A stretch of DNA of 64,000 nt from Eledone cirrhosa (GCA_964016885.1 CAXHJY010001044.1:15196-79195); one strand, 5' to 3'; counted from the first letter of the stretch, positions 17,959 to 32,938 are shown. Made by a program: numbers and translations. Notes: a model not told the origin generated them from the letters alone.

Positions 17959-18594
17959 GGGTACATCTATCTGTGTGTATTCGTTGCAGCAGGTCAATGA
18001 TATATGTCCGTTTTCAATTTTCTCCCTTCATATAGTATCATACGGTTTGATAATTGCTTGATAAGTAATTTATTCAGCGAGTTTAACGAAGTAATTATCA
18101 CTGTAGGGGAATTATATGAAAAGTTATTGCTAAAATATGTATAAATTCATAAGGTGTGTGTCGCAGACGATAGCGATTCTTAATATTATTTCCCATTCTA
18201 CGAATAGGAGAACAATAGACTATTATATGGTAGTCATTATAACAAATTGGTTCTATCACACACATACACAGACACACATTCACACACACACACACATTCA
18301 CACACACACACACACATTCACACATACACACACACATACACAAACCCACACATATATATATGTATGCATACATGTAAACACGAGCACACACATACACACA
18401 TACGCATGTACACACACACATACACACACACACACATATATATATATATACTTGCATGGATGCATACATACACGCACGAGCACACACACATATTTGTGTG
18501 TGTGTGTGCATTTGTGTGTGTGTCCGCGTGCCTCTCTCTATATACATGTGTGTTTGTATGTGCGTGTCTGTGTGTAAGCTGCTGAGCGCCCAAC

Positions 18595-18802
18595 AGACTG
18601 GCGTGTATTTCGATTCACGTTGCCCCAGTCCATTCGGCTTGGTGAGTTTTACCTGTAATTCAAAAGACCAGCCTTGTCACAAAATATAGAACATATCTGT
18701 AGAATACTCAGCCTTTTTGCCCGTCACCGAAGCATGTCCTAGCTGTTCCATTGATCGGAAAAGACACACTCCTCATCGTTAGCGAGGAAGCTCCAACAAC
18801 AA
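18595..18802 (+). mobile_element. SINE body/3' part (second SINE family)
   Basis: TACCTGTAAT.CAA.AG.ACCAGCCTT is shared with 59847-59873. Ends in a CAACAACAA tail. Confidence 0.6.
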
Positions 18803-19295
18803 TGTATGTACGTATTTATGTATATATATATAAAAAGATGGAGAGAGTATGATTGGGAGTTATTGCATTCGACAAGTTAACCACTCGCTATCGAAACGGC
18901 AAGAGCTTAGCTGTCGGGCTTTAGTAACTCACTACTATATATAAAATTTCCAATATCAAATTTATCCATGATAAAATCACTAAAAAAAAAATTGTTTTTC
19001 TTAAGAGCAAGACTAATCCCGATGTATTCTCCACATGAAAACCCGACATTGATAGAAATATATTGAAATATGAAGTAAAAATTCTGTATGTGTTATGTTA
19101 CATAAGTTTTAAGACATATAATGAACTTATATACATTAGTTTCGTCTATATGTTGCTTGACACTCCGTGTGATACTGTTCCAGAAAACATACTGTAGGCT
19201 CTAACTAGAAGTTCCTTATATACATGGTGCACACATTCACAGTCAGGTAATGTTTTAAGTGACATCCATCATTTCAACGAAGCTATTTAAAAAGG

Positions 19296-19326
<31 letters not shown>

Positions 19327-19738
19327 TAGAGGCATAGACACACGCACAAGCACATGTGTGTGTATATATGTACGTGTATGTATGTGGGTATATATGTATG
19401 TGTATGTGTATGTATATATATAAATGCATACTTGGACGCTTCTGAAATGTCAGTAAGATCCATTTAGCACGCTAAGATGGAATGATTGCAAAAGGCAGTT
19501 TTTTCCAAGAACGCATCTTCAATGCACGTGAATTCATTCAGGTTCGCTTCTTCAGCCTCCTCCTTCTCTCTTTCTTCTTTTGTCCTCTCTCTCTTCTTCA
19601 AACGTCTTAATTGAATGAGTTGAATGACATAAAGTTATCAGAGTGCCTGAAACAAATAATTCTGCGAACCATTGCCAATAATCCTCACACAGACACACAC
19701 ATACATCCATAGATAAACACACACACACACACACACAC

Positions 19739-19850
<112 letters not shown>

Positions 19851-20329
19851 CCACTCACACACACACACACACACACATATGTATACGTACTTCTCAACAG
19901 AACCTTCATTTACACATCAAATAAATTGACTGTCAATAAATATATTTTGCCATTTGTATATGGAATGTTTTAGAAAAAAAAAGAATTAGATTTAGAATTA
20001 ATAAAAACAAAACAAATAAAAAAATAGCAAAACTTCGCAGCAATAAATTTATTATTTTTTATTCTCAAATTAATTTTGTTTTTATTACATTAAAACTAGT
20101 GTTACTGTTTAATGTTAAATGAATTTAAAATGTTGATGTTTCAGATAAAATATTTCTTACTATTCTGATAGTTTAAATACATGGTGTCTGTGTTGATAGT
20201 GAAATCTAAGTATATCTTAAATTTCTTTCTGTCATCACAGAGACATTCTGGGACATGTTGCTAACACTTATCACACACCTGATATCCATAACTGTACCAT
20301 AATATTGCCCACTGAAACTACATATATAT

Positions 20330-20490
20330 ATCATATCGTGTCTTCTTTTTATACTATTTTTGAGCAGCATTTTGCACTCGTTCACGACAAGGAAGGTATT
20401 TTCTGATTCAATTCCACACATAAGACACTTGACTTTCTCACCGGGATTATATATCTCTTTATTCACTGACTTAGTGCACAAAGCTTAGGA
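20330..20490 (-). mobile_element. Non-LTR retrotransposon remnant, R4/Dong-like zinc-knuckle region
   Basis: *ALCTK...KCLMCGIESENTFLVVNECKMLLKNSIKRRHD resembles the QAL.T...C..C....E...H....C..L.....RHD segment preceding the restriction-like endonuclease of RLE-type LINEs. The knuckle His is lost. Confidence 0.6.
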
Positions 20491-20582
20491 CTTACTAATG
20501 TATAAAGCATACAAAATGTAGCACCACTTGTCACTGTACACACATAATGTAGAGTTATCTCAATACAATAGAGACAACACCA

Positions 20583-20790
20583 TAGTGGCACGGAGTTACG
20601 TCCATTTACTTTCTGAGTTCAAATCCCGCCGAGGTTAGCTTTGCCTTTCATCTTTACTGGGTCGATAAAATATAGTACCAGTAATGCGCTGGAATGGATT
20701 TAATCAACTTTCCACACCCCTCGAAACTACTGACTTTGTGTTTAAATCAGAAAAAGATTATTATTATTATTATCATCATCATCATCATCA
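20583..20790 (+). mobile_element. tRNA-derived SINE with Meta/MESC-like core
   Basis: B-box GAGTTCAAATCCC, core GAGGTTAGCTTTGCCTTTCATC...GGGTCGATAAAA...AGTACCAG, and an (ATT)n/(ATC)n tail. Confidence 0.8.
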
Positions 20791-21176
20791 GCGACAGCAT
20801 CCATATGCACCTAAGAAAAAATGGTATAACTGTAACCAAGCAACGTGAAACAATATATTGTAAGACAATCGTGCTGCCATTTTCACAAGATTGAAACTTA
20901 GCGAAATGTGCAGCTATAACTGATTAGGTTGATCTTACGGTCTGTTCGCTCCATTCACTATTATTTGTTCACATATTGGCAATATTCATTGTTCTATAGC
21001 AAACATTTTACAGGATTACAATTACCAATTTATTTAACTTTATGATGCTTCTAACTTACTGAAGAAACTCATGTCACTTTAGTAACCTTTTCACACTTGG
21101 TTGACAATAGGCCAGAGCTTCTACTTTCAAAGCCTATATATATATATGGATATTATGTAAGAGCATCGCAGCTATA

Positions 21177-21211
<35 letters not shown>

Positions 21212-23209
21212 TATATGTAGGTCTGTTATGTAAGAGCATCGCAGCTATAATATATATATGTATATATTATACCCGTGATGCTGTTTCATAAGAGAGCAAT
21301 AACAATTCTTGTGAAATTGGTTTGTGAAAATTCAATCTCTTTCACACTAGGAATACAGTATCGTTATCCTCATTAATAACGACAACTGGAAACTAGATTT
21401 CTTTCTTTCTTTCCAAGAGTATTCAATTTACATTTGATGTCATTCCATCTTTATGGTTTACCAAATTACTTTCTATTGTATTAGTTGGTTTCGTTCTGTT
21501 GAGAGTCTTACGTTGAAATATAAATTTCATCCAACATTTTAATATAATCTTCGAATATTATTCTAAATGTCTGTCGTTTCAGAGGCCAAATTTATTTTCA
21601 GTTATTAGTTCGGAATCGATAAATGGTCGTGCGGAATTTGAAGTGCTTTGGTATTTATACAATGGAAAATATTCTGGGAGGGGACATGACTCTAATTTGA
21701 GGAAGAATTCTATCTCTCATTCCCTCTATCCTTGAAAAGTGTCGAGGGTACTACACTTCCTGATGACACAGTAAAAAATCCCCCATCCCCCCATTGAATC
21801 AATACAGTAAAGTAAGGACATTATGTTTTACAAATAGTTTGGATTTTATCAATTTTATTTTAGATCATAAATAACATATATGATGGGAAAATGTGAAAAT
21901 GGTTGCTATAACAACGTTAGAAAATAAACCCTTCCGAAAACGCGAGATACATCATTGAAGTTTTCTTGTTTTTAGTGTTGCCGTTCCATAGAACTCCAAA
22001 TATAAATCGATGGTGTTAAATTGCTCGAAGCTTACAATACGAACGTCTACATTCAAATATATTCAATAATGACACACACACACACATATATATAGAGAAT
22101 TATAATTTCAGCCAATACTATTTATTTTATCTGAAAATCAACAAAGAATATAGTTAACGATAGGATACACAGCTGTCAGTAGACATTTCATGGAGGGATT
22201 TATAACATGACAGACATAAATAAAAGAAAAAAATATTTTCATCAGTTCACGAGTTGAGTCGTCCTAATAATTTCTTTCACCAATAAATAACTATGAGCTT
22301 CATGCAGATACATTTCCTCAATTTCACTATGGTGTCAAAGAAAGCAATAGGAATTAGTGCTTCAGCTTTCGATAAATGGAAGATAGTTTGGTATTAATCG
22401 ATTCTCCCCGTATACTTAATCAATACCACCCCCACCTCAACCATGGTCTTCACCTGGTTCTGTATACATTGAGTGCAAATTGAAGTATTCACTGCATAAA
22501 TCACAGTTAATACTGGGTGAAATTGTTATGAATATTTTATAGAAATGCGAAAATGCATTGAAGATAAAGTTGGCATTAATAAATAAATTGGGAAGAAGCA
22601 TCAATAATGAAGTGGACGTAAGAGATATAATTCCCTGGCGTCATGATAACTTAGTTCAGAATCCGTGAGAGACGAGTAAGAAGAGACATGTTGCTTAGGA
22701 AACATTTTTATAGGATTCCAATTGTGAAAAGAAATGGTTAAATACTTGTTTCAAAAGATTTAGAAACTTAATTTCTCGTATTTAATGTATAATGATCCAC
22801 GGAGGCTTATGGGTATTTTAATGCAAATAATTCCTCCTAAACCAATGTATGGAACATCACGTTTGTACGATCCAATGAAGCAGCCTCCATGTGGTCGTGT
22901 CAATTATTAGAAATAACAGTCACATTGTCTTTTTTTTGTATCGAGCTCAGTGATTCGGCAGGCAGGGGTTCACTCCTGTTTAATGTGGTTTTATGCGACT
23001 AGACTCTCTTTTGGACTAGACACCATACCACCGCACACGTAACTCCAAATAATTACTGGTATTGATGTTAGATGCTATTGGTCAAACCTATACCAATAGA
23101 CGTTTCAGTAGTTCACCTCTCTTGTCATATTACTATATCATGTGTTAAATCCTATCTGTCTCCTACACATATTACTGTATCCTGTACCTCTTTATCTCAC
23201 CTATCTTAT

Positions 23210-23270
<61 letters not shown>

Positions 23271-24330
23271 TATACTACCTTATCTAACATGTTTTTCTGT
23301 TTTTTATATATATTTTAAGGCGGTAGTATATAATTTAATGGAGATTTGGCAATTATTTCGAACAGTTCTAAGTACACAGGATTTCTGTTCACGGATCGAT
23401 GAATATTGTCAACGATTGGAAGCAAAATCTCATGACTCATAAACAGAAACTGACAGTCTTCGATATATCTAATCAATATTGATATATTTATCAAAGTGAA
23501 CACACACACACACACACACACACATACACACGCGCGCGCGCGCCACACGCACACGCAGGCGCGCGCACACACACACAGACACACACATAAGGTGATGGTT
23601 TGTTTTCTCAGACAGTATTCGAGTTAAAGTTTCCAATGTGCATTTATTATACAAGCAATATATTTGTAATTTCCAGTTATAATACTTTTCATAAGTTCCT
23701 TAATAATAAGAATACTCCTTTAAAAATCCAGCTTCGCATCTCAATAGGGTTCCTTCTAAGTGTGATTTGTATGGAACGTTAGTAATATTTTAAACTATTG
23801 CAAACCCTACGAATGCTGAAAATGGCACTGAAATCCGACAGAGAAATACAACTATGACTGAAGGTATCCCAAACTGTGATATATAAATGCAAAGATTCTA
23901 GATCCTAACACACAAACTACACAGTTCCCCACAGGACCTCATCAGAGACGAAGAGAGAGGATCAACCGATAAGCTGAAGAATTATGTAACACAGGGATAT
24001 AATTAAAAAAAAAACACTGAGAGATGGAAAGTATTGCACCTGAAATATGACATATATACCTTTCTAGATTAGGCACACGACCAGTACTTGGTAGAGAGTA
24101 TATTTTATCGACCCCGGAATTCAGGATGTAAAGACCCTGATCAAATATGTCAGAGTATTGGTATGTTGATATTTCGTCTTTGTGTTTTTATACCGAATAG
24201 CTATCTTTCTTTAGATACTATTGATGCACTGCGAAGAATAGACTTGCATTTTGAAGCAACCGAAACTATAATGATCTGATGAGAGGGGAATGTCCTACTT
24301 TTCCAAATTTCCTTTGACTTTTAATTGCCT

Positions 24331-24378
<48 letters not shown>

Positions 24379-24779
24379 GTGTGTGTATCTTTGTTCTTGA
24401 ACGTACTTATAGAGGATCGTATACAGAGAGATTGGAGGAGAGAGAGTAGGCAGGGGAGATAATACCAGAATGAGAATGTTTGTTTTTGCTAGATCCTCCC
24501 CGTTTATTATCGATAAGGTGTCAAGCAGTATAAATAGAGATGTTATTTGATACTGCGTTATTTCAAAGATGTGGAATTCATTGGTTCGTAACACCAATAT
24601 CCAATAAATTCTAAAACTGATGACTTGTAATAAATTCGTAAAGAATCAAAAGCCATTATGATATCACCATGGTGAATGAAAGAGAAGAACTGTTGTATTT
24701 TCTTTCACGGCGAAGCTTTTTTCCTTTTGTCTACGTGTTAGATGAAGGAAAAAAAAAAATAAAAGAGGCACACACACTC

Positions 24780-24863
24780 ACGTATGTGTGTGTGTGTGTT
24801 TGTGTTTGTGTTTGTATGCATGCATACATGTATGTACATATATATATATGTGTCTATATAGTA

Positions 24864-24905
<42 letters not shown>

Positions 24906-25237
24906 GTATGTATGTATGCATGTATGTATATATGTATATATGTATGTAAACATATGTGTAATATTTATATGTATGTATACATATATGTAATTTGTATATG
25001 TAATGTGTGTGTGTATATATATATGTATATATATGTATATATATGTATATATATGTATATATGTATATGTATATATATGTATATGTATATGTATATGTAT
25101 ATATATGCATATATATATATGTATATATATGCATATATATATATGTATATATATGCATATATATATATGTGTATATATATATATATGTGTATATATATAT
25201 ATGTGTATATATATATGTGTATATATATATATATGTG

Positions 25238-25268
<31 letters not shown>

Positions 25269-25309
25269 GTGTATATATATATATATGTGTATATATATAT
25301 ATATGTGTG

Positions 25310-25358
<49 letters not shown>

Positions 25359-26845
25359 GTGTATATATATATATATATGTGTGTATATATATATATATAT
25401 GTGTATATATATATATATGTGTATATATATATATGTGTATATATATATATATATGTGTATATATATATATATATGTGTATATGTATATATATATGTGTAT
25501 ATGTATATATATCTGTGTATATGTATATATATATCTGTGTATATGTATATATATATATGTGTATATGTATATATATATATGTGTATATATATATGTATGT
25601 GTATATATATATGTGTATATGTATATATATATATATGTGTATATGTATATATATATATATGTGTATATATATATGTGTATATGTATATATATATATGTGT
25701 ATATGTATATATATATATGTGTATATGTATATATATATATGTGTATTTGTATATATATATATGTGTATATATGTATATATATATATGTGTATATATGTAT
25801 ATATATATGTGTGTATATATGTATATATATATATGTGTATATATGTATATATATATGTGTGTATATATGTATATATATATATGTGTATATATGTATATAT
25901 ATATATGTGTATATATGTATATATATATATGTGTATATATGTATATATATATATGTGTATATATGTATATATATATATGTGTATATATATATATATATAT
26001 GTGTATATATGTATATATATATGTGTATATATATATATATATGTGTATATATATATATGTGTATATATATGTATATATATGCATATGTATATATATGTAT
26101 ATATATGCATATATATATATATGTATATATATGTATATATATGCATATATATATATATGTATATATATGCATATATATATATGTATATATATGTATATAT
26201 ATGCATATATATATATGTATATATATGTATATATATGCATATATATATATGTATATATATGTATATATATGTATATATATGCATATATATATATGTATAT
26301 ATATGTATATATATGCATATATATATATGTATATATATATATGTATATATATGTATGCATATATATATGTATATATAGGTATGCATATATATAGGTATAT
26401 ATATGTATGTATATATATGCATGTATATATATGCATGTATATATATGCATATATATATATGCATATATATATATATGTATATATATATGTATATATATGT
26501 ATATGTATGTATATATATGTATATGTATGTATATATATATATATGTATATATATGTATATATATGTATATATATATATATGTATATATGCATATATATGT
26601 ATATATATATATATATGTGTATGTATCTATATGTATATATATGTATGTATATATCTATATGTATATATATGTATGTATATATCTATATGTATATATCTAT
26701 ATGTATATATCTATATGTATATATCTATATGTATATATCTATATGTATATATCTATATGTATATATCTATATGTATATATCTATATGTATATATCTATAT
26801 GTATATATCTGTGTATATGTATATGTATATATATCCACATATATA
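24780..26845. repeat. (TA)n/(TG) compound field ending in a 14-bp ATATCTATATGTAT array
   Basis: Direct inspection. Confidence 0.95.
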
Positions 26846-27420
26846 CACATGAAATGTATAAACTCTATGATAACTATAATACATAAAACAAAACGAGTCA
26901 AAGAAACAAGAAACATTACCAATCGATTGTCTCTATGTTTATCTATCTATGTTTATTTATTTATATTTATTTATTTATTTAATTATTTATTTATTTACTA
27001 TTTATTTATATTATATTTACTTGTATTTTATTTATTTTACTGTATTTGTGAGATTCTGAATTATTTGATCATCGCAAACAGAAAATAAATATAAAAAAAT
27101 CTTTGAAAATACCAATTTTTGAAGGAATTTCCTTTGTTGGACTTTAAGTATTTATTCTTTCGCCATTCTTTCGTTTATGTACTCTCTAACTCTCCAGATC
27201 TTTTAATCTCTCTCTCTCTCTCTCTGTTTCCTCGACTGTTTCTCTCTTTCTTTCTCTGTTTCGTCGACTGTTTCTCTCTTTCTCTCTATTTCCTGGCCTC
27301 TTTGTATCTCTCTCTATCTCTCTCTCAGAGGTCTGTTTGTTTTTCTGTCTCCCTCTCTCTATATATATATCGATCTTCATATTTATATAACATTCCTACT
27401 GTTTTGCTAGATACGACTTT

Positions 27421-28806
27421 GTCTGTCAGTCAGTCTCTGTCAGTCAGTCTCTATCAGTCAGCCTCTGTCAGTCAGTCTCTGTCAGTCAGTCTCTGTCAGT
27501 CAGTCTCTGTCAGTCAGTCTCTATCAGTCAGTCTCTATCAGTCAGTCTCTATCAGTCAGTTTCTGTCAGTCAGTCTCTGTCAGTCAGTCTCTATCAGTCA
27601 GTCTCTATCAGTCAGTCTCTGTCAGTCAGTCTCTGTCAGTCAGTCTCTGTCAGTCAGTCTTTGTCAGTCAGTCTCTGTCAGTCAGTCTCTGTCAGTCAGT
27701 CTCTGTCAGTCAGTCTCTGTCAGTCAGTCTCTATCAGTCAGTTTCTGTCAGTCAGTCTCTGTCAGTCAGTCTCTGTCAGTCAGTCTCTGTCAGTCAGTCT
27801 CTGTCAGTCAGTCTCTGTCAGTCAGTCTCTGTCAGTCAGTCTCTGTCAGTCAGTCTCTGTCAGTCAGTCTCTGTCAGTCAGTCTCTGTCAGTCAGTCTCT
27901 ATCAGTCAGTCTCTGTCAGTCAGTCTCTATCAGTTAGCCTCTGTCAGTCAGTCTCTATCAGTCTCTGTCAGTCAGTCTCTATCAGTCAGTCTCTATCAGT
28001 CAGTCTCTGTCAGTCAGTCTCTATCAGTCAGTCTCTGTCAGTCAGCCTCTGTCAGTCAGTCTCTGTCAGTCAGTCTCTGTCAGTCAGTCTCTGTCAGTCA
28101 GTCTCTATCAGTCAGTCTCTGTCAGTCAGTCAGTCTCTGCCAGTCAGTCTTTGTCAGTCAGTCTCTGTCAGTCAGTCTCTGTCGGTCAGTCTGTCAGTCA
28201 GTCTCTGTCAGTCAGTCTCTGTCAGCCAGTCTCTGTTAGCCAGTCTCTGTCAGCCAGTCTCTGTCAGTCATTCTCTGTCAGTCAGTCTCTGTCAGTCTCT
28301 GTCAGTCAGTCTCTGTCAGTCAGTTTCTGTCAGTCAGTCTCTATCAGTCAGCCTCTGTCAGTCAGTCTCTATCAGTCAGTCTCTATCAGTCAGTCTCTAT
28401 CAGTCAGTCTCTGTCAGTCAGTCTCTATCAGTCAGTCTCTGTCAGTCAGTCTCTGTCAGTCAGTCTCTATCAGTCAGTCTCTATCAGTCAGTCTCTGTCA
28501 GTCAGTCTCTATCAGTCAGTCTCTATCAGTCAGTCTCTGTCAGTCAGTCTCTGTCAGTCAGTCTCTATCAGTCAGTCTCTATCAGTCAGTCTCTGTCAGT
28601 CAGTCCCTGTCAGTCAGTCTCTGTCAGTCAGTCTCTGTCAGTCAGTCTCTATCAGTCAGTCTCTGTCAGTCAGTCTCTGTCAGTCAGTCTCTGTCAGTCA
28701 GTCTCTATCAGTCAGTCTCTATCAGTCAGTCTCTGTCAGTCAGTCTCTGTCAGTCAGTCTCTATCAGTCAGTCTCTGTCAGTCAGTCTCTATCAGTCAGT
28801 CTCTAT
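27421..28806 (+). repeat. 14-bp minisatellite (G/A)TCAGTCAGTCTCT, ~95-100 units
   Basis: Tandem array with G/A variant units and occasional 4-nt slips. Confidence 0.95.
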
Positions 28807-28863
28807 CTCTGTCTTTCTGTCTAACTCTCTGTCTGTCAGAACGTCTGAATCTATGTCTGTCCC

Positions 28864-28918
<55 letters not shown>

Positions 28919-29292
28919 CTCATTCTCTGTCTTGTTCTTGTTTGCTTCAGTCTGTTCTCTCACTAACTCTATTCTACCCTATTTTCCTCTCTCAGCCTCT
29001 CACCTCCTCTTTCACTCTCATTCAACCTCTTTCCCTCCTCTCAGTTAATCTCTCTCCCCCTCTTATCCCCCCTCTCTCTCACCTATTATCATATTATTCA
29101 ATCGTAGTTGTCATTGATATAGTTGGTTCTGATGATGTAGATATAGTTGTTATTGTTGTTGATGTTGTTGCTGTTGTTTCTGATGTTGTTCTAGTTGTTG
29201 TTGTTGTTGTTGTTGTATCTAATTGCTTCTGTTGCCATTCCTACTTTAAAATCGTCTTGTTACTGTAGATAAAACATTTCACTATCTCTTCG

Positions 29293-29940
29293 GTGTTGTT
29301 GTTGTTCTTGTTGTGGTTGTTGGTGGTGGTTGTGGTTGTTGTTGTTGGTGGTGGTGTGGTTGTTGTTGGTGGTGTGGTTGTTGTTGTTGGTGGTGGTTGT
29401 GGTTGTTGTTGTTGTTGGTGTGGTGGTTGTGGTTGTTGTTGGTGGTGGTGTGGCTGTTGTTGTTGGTGCTGGTCTTCTTGTTGTTGGTGGTGTGGTTGTT
29501 GTTGTTGTTGGCGTTGTTGGTGGTGGTGTGGTTGTTGTTGTTGGTGGTGGTGTGGTTGTTGTTGTTGGTGGTGCTGGTCTTGTTGTTGTTGTTGTTGTTG
29601 GTGCTGGTCTTGTTGTTGTTGTTGGCGTTGTTGGTGGTGGTGTGGTTGTTGTTGTTGTTGGTGCTGGTCTTGTTGTTGTTGTTGTTGGCGTTGTTGGTGG
29701 TGGTGTGGTTGTTGTTGTTGGTGGTGGTGAGGTTGTTGTTGTTGTTGGTGCTGGTGTGGTTGTTGTTGTTGTTGGCGTTGTTGGTGGTGGTGTGGTTGTT
29801 GTTGTTGTTGGTGGTGGTGGTGTGGTTGCTGTTGTTGGTGGTGTGGTTGCTGTTGTTGTTGGTGGTGGTGTGGTGTTGTTGTTGTTGTTGGTGGTGGTGT
29901 GGTTGCTGTTGTTGTTGTTGGTGGTGGTGGTGGTGGTCTT
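29293..29940. repeat. (GTT)/(GGT) triplet repeat
   Basis: Direct inspection. Confidence 0.9.
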
Positions 29941-29995
29941 ACTGTTGATGTTGTACATAATGCTGTTATTGCCATTTTTGTTCTTCCTGGATTGA

Positions 29996-30205
29996 TGCAC
30001 TGGCAGCAATCGGTAGAGCATCGGACACCATACTTTGCAGCAAACAGTTACGTTTCCTTACATTCCGAGTTACGTTTCCTTACAATCCTGCCGAGGTTAT
30101 CTTTGCCTTTTATCATTACGGCGTCGATAAAATAAAGTACCAGTAACGTACTGGGGTCGATTTAATAGACCCCCCCCCTCCAACACTGTTACCCTTCGGC
30201 CTAAA
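29996..30205 (+). mobile_element. tRNA-derived SINE (Meta-like core)
   Basis: A-box-like TGGCAGCAATCGGTAG, then GCCGAGGTTATCTTTGCCTTT...GTCGATAAAATAAAGTACCAG. The B-box is overwritten by a short duplication (GTTACGTTTCCTTACA x2). Confidence 0.8.
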
Positions 30206-30423
30206 TCCTCAATCGTGGTGTCCACGCTGAAACTTTTGCCAATGTTTGTCTTAGTCAGTGATGGTCATGTCCTCACTGATACTGTCTTTCCTGTTGTTGT
30301 TGTTGTTGTTGTGATGTTTATTTCGTTACAGATGTTGTTTGTGAACGATGCTGATATCCTTACTAATGTTGTTGTTGTTGTTGCTTTATTTTCTCTACCC
30401 ACTCTCATCCCCCTTATTTCTCT

Positions 30424-30693
30424 TTACTACTACTACTACTACTACTATTACTATTACTACTACTATTACTACTGCTGCTACTACTACTGCTATTACTATT
30501 ACTATTACTACTACTGCTGCTACTACTACTACTATTACTACTACTATTACTACTACTACTATTACTACTGCTGCTGCTGCTACTACTACTACTACTATTA
30601 CTATTACTACTGCTGCTGCTGCGCTGCTACTACTACTACTACTACTATTACTATTACTACTGCTACTACTACTACTATTACTACTACTGCTAT

Positions 30694-30730
<37 letters not shown>

Positions 30731-30731
30731 G
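30424..30731. repeat. (TAC)n/(TAT)/(TGC) triplet repeat
   Basis: Direct inspection. Confidence 0.95.
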
Positions 30732-31465
30732 ACAATGATAACATTTTACTGTTTTTGATATGTTTACAGAAATAATTCGTTTCTATTTGTTCAAATAATC
30801 CAAAAATCAATTCCAATGTCTGCAACCTCCTACCCACCCTAGATGTTATGGTGACCCTTCCCCACACATATACCCCGCCGCACCCTCACTCCCTAAATAA
30901 TACAGTTCATTCTATTATAAGACCTATTCTCACAATTATAAATATATACATATACTTATATATATGTGTATACTTATATATGTATGTATACTTATATATG
31001 TATGTATGTGTGTGAGTATATGTAATTGTATGTATAAATATATATGTATGTATAAATGTGTATGGATGTATATATGTATCTATGTATAAATGTATATGTA
31101 TGTATAAATGTGTATATATGTATCTGTATGTATAAATATATATGTATGTATATATGCATCTGTATGTATAAATGTATCTATGTATAAATATATATGTATG
31201 TATAAATATATATGTATGTATATATGTATATGTATGTATATATGTATATGTATTTATTTATTTATAATAAATATGTTATATATATATATTGTCGGCATAA
31301 TGATTAATCGTTCTGGTAACCTAAATTTACATATTATATACACAGTATCGTATACTGGTAATTCATCATTCTATACATTTATGTATGTATACGTATGTTT
31401 GTGTGTGTTTGTACGTGTGTGTGTAATTATTTGTGTGTTTGTATATGTCTATATATAGAAAGATA

Positions 31466-31469
<4 letters not shown>

Positions 31470-31532
<63 letters not shown>

Positions 31533-31697
31533 GTATATATATATATGTGTATATATATATGTATATATATATGTGTATATATATATGTGTATATATATAT
31601 GTGTATATATATATGTATATATATATATGTGTATATATATATGTATATATATATGTGTATATATATATGTGTATATATATATGTGTATATATATATG

Positions 31698-31728
<31 letters not shown>

Positions 31729-31857
31729 GTATATATATATATCTGTATATATATATGTATATATATATATGTGTATATATATATGTATATATATATATGT
31801 GTATATATATATGTGTATATATATATGTGTATATATATATGTATATATATATATATA

Positions 31858-31888
<31 letters not shown>

Positions 31889-32259
31889 GTGTGTATATAT
31901 ATATATATATATGTGTGTATATATATATATATGTGTATATATATATATATGTGTATATATATATAAATATGTGTGTATATATATATATATATGTGTGTAT
32001 ATATATATATATATGTGTGTATATATATATATATATGTGTGTATATATATATATATATATGTGTATATATATATATATGTGTGTATATATATATATATAT
32101 GTTTATATATATATATGTGTGTATATATATATGTGTGTATATATATATGTGTGTGTATATATATATATATGTGTGTGTATATATATATATATGTGTGTGT
32201 ATATATATATATATGTGTGTGTGTATATATATATATGTGTGTGTATATATATATATATA

Positions 32260-32300
<41 letters not shown>

Positions 32301-32437
32301 ATATATATATGTGTGTGTATATATATATATATGTGTGTATATATATATATATATGTGTGTATATATATATATATATATGTGTGTATATATATATATATAT
32401 GTGTGTATATATATATATATATGTGTGTGTATATATA

Positions 32438-32479
<42 letters not shown>
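31470..32479. repeat. (TA)n/(TG) compound microsatellite
   Basis: Direct inspection. Confidence 0.95.
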
Positions 32480-32483
<4 letters not shown>

Positions 32484-32938
32484 AAAATACGTATTTAAGA
32501 AAGCCACAACAATGTAAAGGGAAATCTCGAGGTAGGAAGTGAAATATAGATAGGAAAAACAGGTGAAAGTGAAAATTGAGAGAGACAAAGATGAAAACAA
32601 AACAAAGGTGGAAGGGTTACCGTAGTAGAGATTTAATCCCAATATTTTGGGCTCACGCCCATCAACGGGGGAATTCCTGGCATTCCTGTCTTAACGACAT
32701 CACAACTTTCTCCGCTTGGCCTGTTTCCCCCCTTTTGGAACTTCTTCCCCCGTTGATGGGCGTGAGCCCGATATATTGGGATTAAATCTCTACTACGGTA
32801 ACCCTTCCACCTTTGTTTTGTTTTCATCTTTGTCTCTCTCAATTTTCACTTTCACCTGTTTTTCCTATCTATATTTCACTTCCTACCTCGAGATTTCCCT
32901 TTACATTGTTGTGGCTTTCTTAAATACGTATTTTTACA
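32480..32938. mobile_element. Long inverted repeat (194-bp arms, 71-bp spacer); inverted Penelope-like pseudo-LTR pair with variant minimal HHR
   Basis: Arms 32480-32673 and 32745-32938 differ at 2 positions. Each inner end reads TCCC-CCGTTGA-T-GGGC-GTGA-GCCC-(G/A)A(T/A)A-TATT-GGGA. Confidence 0.75.

Noticed and set aside
21760-24330. Isolated CTGATGA heptamers (21760+, 22245-, 23945-, 24276+)
   Set aside because: No correctly placed stem II, GAAA and stem I.
27119-28966. SVSQSL repeat ORFs
   Set aside because: By-product of a 14-bp unit that is not a multiple of 3.
29241-30021. Poly-Q/H or Thr/Pro mucin ORFs
   Set aside because: Pure GTT/GGT triplet repeat with no unique coding flanks or evident splice context.
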